Assembly (NCBI GenBank): GCA_030867685.1
Contig: JAQOWU010000008.1
Coordinates: forward strand, 2,170,001-2,234,000
Source of the DNA: Wickerhamiella versatilis
Taxonomy: Eukaryota
Reading direction: 5' to 3'
Length of the DNA: 64,000 nucleotides
The notes under the pieces are model-generated. The model had not been told where the DNA came from, searched no databases, and worked only from the letters and a program-made list of their open reading frames with translations. The position numbers and the translations under genes are program-made. Of the stretch, positions 58,096 to 64,000 are shown one piece after another; positions within the stretch are counted from its first letter, which is position 1, and the number at the start of each line of letters is the position of its first letter.

Positions 58096-61000
58096 ATGTC
58101 GACGCCGCCGGCAATGGAGAGTGACCCATACGCTCTCGATGGCGAGACCGAGATAACCAGCGAAGACTGCTGGACAGTTATTTCGTCCTTCTTTAATGAG
58201 AAAGGTTTGGTCTCTCAGCAGCTGGACTCGTTTGATGAGTTTATCGAGACCACTATTCAACAGCTGGTTTGGGAGGACAAGCATCTCATTCTCGACCAGC
58301 CAGCGCAGCACACCACTCCTGAAGATAATATCAGCAAGCGGTATGAGATAACTTTTGGCAAAATTTACCTGTCTAGGCCTACGATGACCGAGGCTGATGG
58401 GTCGACCCAGTTTATGTACCCCCAGGAGGCTCGGGCACGAAACTTGACATACTCCAGTCCTCTTTACGTCGATATGCGTAAACGTGTCCTCTATTCTCGT
58501 GCTGCCGACCCCGAGTCAGAACCTGACTGGCAGCCTGACCCCAGTGAGCCTGAGGAACCAATATCAAAGGTTTACATTGGTAAGGTGCCCATCATGGTAC
58601 GCTCAAACTTCTGTATGCTTCGTGGTCTGCGTGAGGATGAGTTCTATGCTCTTGACGAATGTCCTTACGATCAGGGTGGTTACTTTATTATCAACGGTTC
58701 TGAAAAGGTCTTGATCGCTCAAGAGAGATCAGCTGCTAACATTGTCCAAGTATTTAAGAAACCAGCCAATGCACCGGTCTCTCACGTAGCAGAAATACGT
58801 TCTGCTATTGAAAAGGGCTCGAGGCTCATTTCGACGTTACAGCTGAAACTTTTCGGTAAGGACAAGAAGATCAGGGCAGCCTTGCCTTATGTTAAGGCTG
58901 ATGTGCCTATCGTTCTTGTTTTCCGTGCTCTAGGTGTTGTTCCTGATGGTGATATTTTAGAGCACATTTGCTATGATCAGAACGACTGGCAAATGCTTGA
59001 AGCGTTGAAACCATGTATTGAGGAAGGTTTCTTCGTGCAAGGACGCCAGGTGGCGCTCGACTTCATCGGACGTCGAGGCTCTGTTACTGGCATTAATCGT
59101 GAGAAGCGTATTCGCTATGCAAGAGATATTTTGCAGAAGGAGCTCTTGCCACATATCACGCAACAGGAAGGATATGAGACACGTAAGGCCTTCTTCCTGG
59201 GATATATGGTTCATCGTTTGTTGATGGTGGCTCTTGACCGCCGTGATCAAGATGATCGTGACCACTTTGGCAAGAAACGTTTAGACCTGGCGGGGCCACT
59301 GCTAGCAAATCTTTTCCGAATGCTTTTTAAGAAACTCACAAGGGATATCTTCCGGTACATGCAAAAGTGTGTGGAGTCAAACAAGGACTTCAATTTAACA
59401 TTGGCAGTCAAGTCAAATACAATCACAAATGGTTTGAAGTATTCTCTCGCTACTGGTAATTGGGGTGATCAGAAGCGTGCGATGTCTTCCAAGGCCGGTG
59501 TTTCACAGGTCCTTAACCGCTATACGTTTAGCTCAACCTTGTCCCATCTGCGTCGGACTAATACCCCCATTGGTAAGGACGGAAAGATTGCGAAACCACG
59601 GCAGCTCCACAACACACATTGGGGTCTGGTATGTCCTGCCGAAACCCCCGAGGGACAAGCCTGTGGTTTGGTGAAGAACCTCAGTCTTACAACATGTATT
59701 TCGGTAGGATCACCATCCGACCCAATTATCTATTTCCTTGAGGAATGGGGTATGGAGCCTCTGGAGGATTTTGTGCCTCATGCTAACAATAATGCTACTC
59801 GTGTGTTCGTTAACGGTGTGTGGATTGGTGTACATAGGGAGCCCACCCTGTTGACAGAAACAATGCGTAACCTACGCCGCCGCGGAGACATCAGTCCAGA
59901 AATCACGATAGTTCGTGATATTCGTGAGAAGGAGCTCAAAATATTGACTGATGCTGGCCGGATTTATAGACCGCTATTTGTTGTAGAAACAAACCAGGAG
60001 AGTCCAAGGTATGGCGAACTCAAGCTAACGAAAGATCATGTTTATCAATTGATGAACACAGAAGACAATCAACTTACTCCTGATTCTCCCGACTATTTCG
60101 GATGGAGTTCACTCGTTGCTAATGGTATAGTCGAGTACATTGATGGCGAAGAAGAGGAGACAGTAATGATTGCGATGACACCTGAAGACTTGGAAATGAA
60201 GAGATTAACCATGCAAGGTGTATCTGAAGAGGATCTCAAGCCGCCTGCGGATGCTGCCCAGCGGTTAAAGACGTTCCAAACTCGCACGTATCAATTTACG
60301 CACTGCGAAATTCATCCATCTATGATCTTGGGTATTTGTGCATCAATCATTCCCTTCCCCGACCATAATCAATCACCGCGTAATACCTATCAAAGTGCAA
60401 TGGGTAAACAGGCAATGGGTGTATTCCTCACAAATTACTCTGTACGGATGGATACTATGGCTAATATTCTTTATTATCCTCAAAAGCCATTGGCAACTAC
60501 ACGTTCTATGGAATACCTTAAATTCCGCGAACTTCCAGCTGGCCAAAATGCAATTGTCGCTATTCTGTGTTATTCAGGATATAATCAGGAAGACTCTGTC
60601 ATCATGAACCAGAGCTCTATTGATCGCGGACTGTTTAGGTCTTTGTTTTTCCGAACTTATCTAGACCAGGAGAGACGGATTGGTATGTCTGTGGTAGAAG
60701 AGTTTGAAAAGCCTACAAGGGCTGATACGCTCAGACTCAAGCATGGTACTTATGACAAGCTGGACGATGATGGTCTGGTGGTCCCCGGAATGCGGGTGTC
60801 CGGTGAGGATATAATCATTGGCAAGACAGCACCAATACCGCCGGATACCGAAGAACTCGGCCAGCGTACACGTTTCCATACAAAACGTGATGCATCGACC
60901 CCGCTTCGTTCAACAGAGTCAGGTATAGTGGATCAAGTACTGCTAACCACTAACCAGGAAGGCTTGAGATTTGTAAAGGTGCGTATGCGGACAACTAAAG

Positions 61001-61764
61001 TCCCTCAAATTGGTGATAAGTTTGCATCACGTCACGGGCAAAAGGGTACTATAGGTATTACCTACCGCCACGAAGACATGCCTTTCACTGCGGAGGGTGT
61101 CGTTCCGGATCTTATCATTAATCCACATGCTATTCCATCCCGAATGACCGTTGCTCATCTTATTGAATGTTTGCTTTCCAAGGTCAGTGCCCTTACAGGT
61201 TTAGAGGGTGACGCAACTCCTTTTACAGACGTCACTGTCGATGCGGTATCCCAGCTTCTCCGACAACATGGGTATCAATCCCGTGGCTTCGAAGTTATGT
61301 ATAATGGACATACAGGTAAGAAGCTTATGGCTCAAGTCTTCTTCGGTCCGACATATTATCAGAGACTGAGGCATATGGTTGACGATAAGATTCATGCTCG
61401 TGCCCGTGGTCCTGTTCAGATCCTAACTAGGCAACCCGTTGAAGGTAGGTCGCGCGATGGTGGTCTGCGTTTCGGAGAAATGGAACGTGATTGTATGATT
61501 GCACATGGTGCGGCTGCCTTTATGAAGGAAAGGCTGATGGAGGCGTCTGATGCTTTTAGGGTACATGTTTGCGGTATCTGTGGTCTCATGACTGTAATTG
61601 CAAACCTGAAGAAGGTACAGTATGAATGCCGTTCATGTCAAAATAAGACTAAGATCTACCAGGTGCACATCCCTTATGCTGCTAAGCTACTTTTCCAGGA
61701 GCTTATGTCAATGAATATTGCGCCACGTCTTTATACTGAACGGTCTGGAATGACCACACGCTAA
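58096..61764 (+). CDS. RPB2: RNA polymerase II second-largest subunit
   Basis: [48 protein letters not shown] and C-terminal zinc ribbon. Confidence 0.99.
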   Translation: MSTPPAMESDPYALDGETEITSEDCWTVISSFFNEKGLVSQQLDSFDEFIETTIQQLVWEDKHLILDQPAQHTTPEDNISKRYEITFGKIYLSRPTMTEADGSTQFMYPQEARARNLTYSSPLYVDMRKRVLYSRAADPESEPDWQPDPSEPEEPISKVYIGKVPIMVRSNFCMLRGLREDEFYALDECPYDQGGYFIINGSEKVLIAQERSAANIVQVFKKPANAPVSHVAEIRSAIEKGSRLISTLQLKLFGKDKKIRAALPYVKADVPIVLVFRALGVVPDGDILEHICYDQNDWQMLEALKPCIEEGFFVQGRQVALDFIGRRGSVTGINREKRIRYARDILQKELLPHITQQEGYETRKAFFLGYMVHRLLMVALDRRDQDDRDHFGKKRLDLAGPLLANLFRMLFKKLTRDIFRYMQKCVESNKDFNLTLAVKSNTITNGLKYSLATGNWGDQKRAMSSKAGVSQVLNRYTFSSTLSHLRRTNTPIGKDGKIAKPRQLHNTHWGLVCPAETPEGQACGLVKNLSLTTCISVGSPSDPIIYFLEEWGMEPLEDFVPHANNNATRVFVNGVWIGVHREPTLLTETMRNLRRRGDISPEITIVRDIREKELKILTDAGRIYRPLFVVETNQESPRYGELKLTKDHVYQLMNTEDNQLTPDSPDYFGWSSLVANGIVEYIDGEEEETVMIAMTPEDLEMKRLTMQGVSEEDLKPPADAAQRLKTFQTRTYQFTHCEIHPSMILGICASIIPFPDHNQSPRNTYQSAMGKQAMGVFLTNYSVRMDTMANILYYPQKPLATTRSMEYLKFRELPAGQNAIVAILCYSGYNQEDSVIMNQSSIDRGLFRSLFFRTYLDQERRIGMSVVEEFEKPTRADTLRLKHGTYDKLDDDGLVVPGMRVSGEDIIIGKTAPIPPDTEELGQRTRFHTKRDASTPLRSTESGIVDQVLLTTNQEGLRFVKVRMRTTKVPQIGDKFASRHGQKGTIGITYRHEDMPFTAEGVVPDLIINPHAIPSRMTVAHLIECLLSKVSALTGLEGDATPFTDVTVDAVSQLLRQHGYQSRGFEVMYNGHTGKKLMAQVFFGPTYYQRLRHMVDDKIHARARGPVQILTRQPVEGRSRDGGLRFGEMERDCMIAHGAAAFMKERLMEASDAFRVHVCGICGLMTVIANLKKVQYECRSCQNKTKIYQVHIPYAAKLLFQELMSMNIAPRLYTERSGMTTR

Positions 61765-62002
61765 AGTGCCTAACGCTATGCCTTGTACGACGACTCTTAT
61801 TTCCAATAAAACGTCCAGTACTCTGCGATGAACACAGATGATTCTAAAATATTCCTAAGCTAACAAACAGGCCAATTATGAAAATAAAAATTCCTTTTTC
61901 CGCAATTCACTAATAAGAATAGAGAAACTGCAAGTAAATAGGCCTTTTTTAAACCCCATTCCTTGAACTCGTCAACCTTCCCACAACCAATGTAGGCTTG
62001 GT

Positions 62003-62716
62003 TTACTGCTTGTTCGCCTCGTCCTCCTGCGTGGCTCTTTGTTGTCGCTGCTGCTCCTCCTCGAGAGACATGCGAAGTGCCATTTCGAGTTCGGGATCAG
62101 CATCCGCTCCCAAATCGTCATCCATAAATCCAGTTTCACCGCCTGACTCGGCAGCACCAAGAATAGCTGAGTGGGAGACCTGCTCCGAAAGCCAATACGG
62201 TCCTGGGGGGACATCAAGTAAATGAGAATTGTCACCTGAATTCACTGTGTCGACAAACAACTGAAGTTTTGCAGTATTGTCTGCCTCCTGGCCGAAATTT
62301 ACGAAATCAATAGCGATATTATTCTTCTTCATTTTAGCTGCGAGACGCTGCAAATCATGCTCGCTCTCGGTAACTGGTGAACCAACAAAAACCACAATCC
62401 GCTGTCGCTGGTTCTTGTTCTGTCGGTGGCGCAGTGCCAGCTGCGCGACTTGGACAGCAGCACTTAAACGCGAGTTACCTGTGATCTTAGTCTCCTTGCA
62501 AGCGTAAAGAAACTTGCCGGTATCAGTTATGAACGTAACTTTAACGTCACCTGCCATTGTCATCAGACCAACAGTATTCTCAGGGTTGGCTCTGGTTTTA
62601 GCATTGAACACAGTCTGCGCAGCCTCTATTTCTGCAGCAAACCGTGATGGCAAGTAGTCGCCGTTTCGCATATACTCGCTGGTATCCAGCACAATCATCG
62701 TTGCCTCAAGAACCAT
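62003..62716 (-). CDS. RPN10: Proteasome ubiquitin receptor Rpn10
   Basis: MVLEATMI...SEYMRNGDY vWA domain and UIM (DPELEMALRMSLEEE). Confidence 0.96.
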   Translation of the reverse strand: MVLEATMIVLDTSEYMRNGDYLPSRFAAEIEAAQTVFNAKTRANPENTVGLMTMAGDVKVTFITDTGKFLYACKETKITGNSRLSAAVQVAQLALRHRQNKNQRQRIVVFVGSPVTESEHDLQRLAAKMKKNNIAIDFVNFGQEADNTAKLQLFVDTVNSGDNSHLLDVPPGPYWLSEQVSHSAILGAAESGGETGFMDDDLGADADPELEMALRMSLEEEQQRQQRATQEDEANKQ

Positions 62717-63296
62717 TCTGGAGATGCTTACAAACTGATGTACTGAACTTGAATGTAAGGTCTGGCGACGCTGGATAAATTGAAGATTCTACCCATGTAG
62801 GCATTGTTTTATTGATTCTCCTTCAATTATAGTGACTTCACTGTTACATGTTAGTCGTTGATGCCACGAAATGGCAAATTAGAGAACCCTTTGTGCATAC
62901 TAGGTAGTTTAATCGTAGTGCTGAGATATTTATATTCTCATTCCTTACTATAGCTTTTAAATTCAAGCTTTGACCTATAGTTAATTATTATATGGCTACC
63001 AATTCACATTTCACTTTCTTGATAATTATGTTATCTATTTTTGTGGTGCAACATTATACATTTCATCTTGGAATTAGAAATTTAAAAGAAGATCGAAACA
63101 AGGCTGTATAAATTTATTCAATAAGAGCTCGCAGTGAAAAACTAGCTATTGCCAACTAAAACATGATTTCCATAAGTTGCATCTAGACATAGTCGATTAA
63201 ACGTATGTTCAGTATGTACATGAATATATTAATGTAAACGCTCAGAACACAATGATTGTGAAGTATTGGAGACCTCTACTTTTTTTTTGACACTGA

Positions 63297-63773
63297 TCAA
63301 CTCGTCGAGCGATCCTCTGAATTGACAATTTCAGCATCATCGTGGAAAGCGATAACATTCGCAGCCCACGGGTTGTCACTACTTTCCACCAGTCTCAACC
63401 GGTCAAGACGACGCTGGCGCAACTGATTCTTCGGTAGCATTCCGGACACAGCTCTTTTTAAAATTTCGCCGCCACCTTTCCGGGATTTAAGGTCAGCGAG
63501 AGTGATTTCATGGAGATTTCCTGGCTTTCCACTATGCGACCTGTATAGCTTATATTGGTCCTTTTTTCCGGTAGTGTAAATGTATTGACAGTTGGTTACC
63601 ACGACATAGTCACCACAGTCGCTGCCATCATAGTAAACTGGCTTATGCTTTCCCTGTAAAACGGTTGCAATAGATGTAGCAAGGCGTCCTAGTGGACGTG
63701 GATCACGTGCTACATCCACATGATGCCAAGTCCTTGCAAATCCCAGAGCAGATTTGCCAATATACTTCGACAT
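63297..63773 (-). CDS. MRPL23: Mitochondrial ribosomal protein uL13m
   Basis: ARTWHHVD...LGRLA...GKHKP.Y...[10 protein letters not shown]...[11 protein letters not shown]. Confidence 0.93.
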   Translation of the reverse strand: MSKYIGKSALGFARTWHHVDVARDPRPLGRLATSIATVLQGKHKPVYYDGSDCGDYVVVTNCQYIYTTGKKDQYKLYRSHSGKPGNLHEITLADLKSRKGGGEILKRAVSGMLPKNQLRQRRLDRLRLVESSDNPWAANVIAFHDDAEIVNSEDRSTS

Positions 63774-64000
63774 GTATTTCTTTCCTTCTGAGGACTGGAT
63801 GAATAATCAACAATCCAAGAGGTTAAGATGGTTATTTCGCGTGAGAGTCGCTGCGTTATTTTACATACTTAAGACCCTACCAGATGTGCTGTAAAAATTA
63901 TAACTTTGTCATATATTTTGATAGAAAGCTACTAATTTAAATCAATTTGCACTTACAGCAAATAGCCCTACCCAAACCCTTTGTGTAACTACACTGCGCC

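Noticed and set aside
62717-63296. AT-rich spacer as a centromere or replication origin
   Set aside because: No CDEI/CDEIII or other diagnostic motif was seen. AT richness alone is insufficient.
1-64000. Transposons, LTRs, CRISPR arrays or bacterial operons
   Set aside because: No transposase, reverse transcriptase or integrase ORF, no long terminal or spaced repeats, and no prokaryote-like gene cluster were seen.

Overview
Eukaryotic, gene-dense and essentially intron-free yeast chromosome segment. I infer an early-diverging Saccharomycotina yeast, with compaction reminiscent of the Wickerhamiella/Starmerella group; this is not verified. CUG reads as Leu. The window holds about 41 protein-coding genes, mostly housekeeping: SEC16 (5' part outside the window), an APSES factor, septins SPR3 and CDC12, MBA1, YOP1, MMS22, NOP14, ATG9, ARC18, PRP2, RPN5, ATG38, LDB17, a PDK/BCKDK kinase, a divergent SCC2, an NDUFA12-family gene, YPT35, TRR1, RPC34, an m-AAA protease, HIT1, a mitochondrial AAT, an AlkB homolog, TEC1, RAX1, an ELL-like factor, RPS20, BDF1, an alpha/beta hydrolase, YML6, YOX1, IFA38, CDC28, YHM2, a SLY41-like transporter, RPB2, RPN10 and MRPL23, plus three hypothetical ORFs. 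There is one tRNA-Gly(GCC). No transposon, CRISPR array or clearly bacterial gene was seen. Most notable observations: (1) PRP2 and RPN5 start from the same palindromic CCATGG, so their start codons overlap and there is no intergenic promoter; (2) a second head-to-head pair is 8 bp apart and several tandem pairs are 16-58 bp apart; (3) an intergenic H/ACA snoRNA has a guide pocket matching the 25S rRNA Psi966 site (snR43-like), and several further structured-RNA candidates exist; (4) MCB, Tbf1-like and APSES-type motifs sit very close to start codons. All gene names come from recognising motifs by eye, not from database searches.
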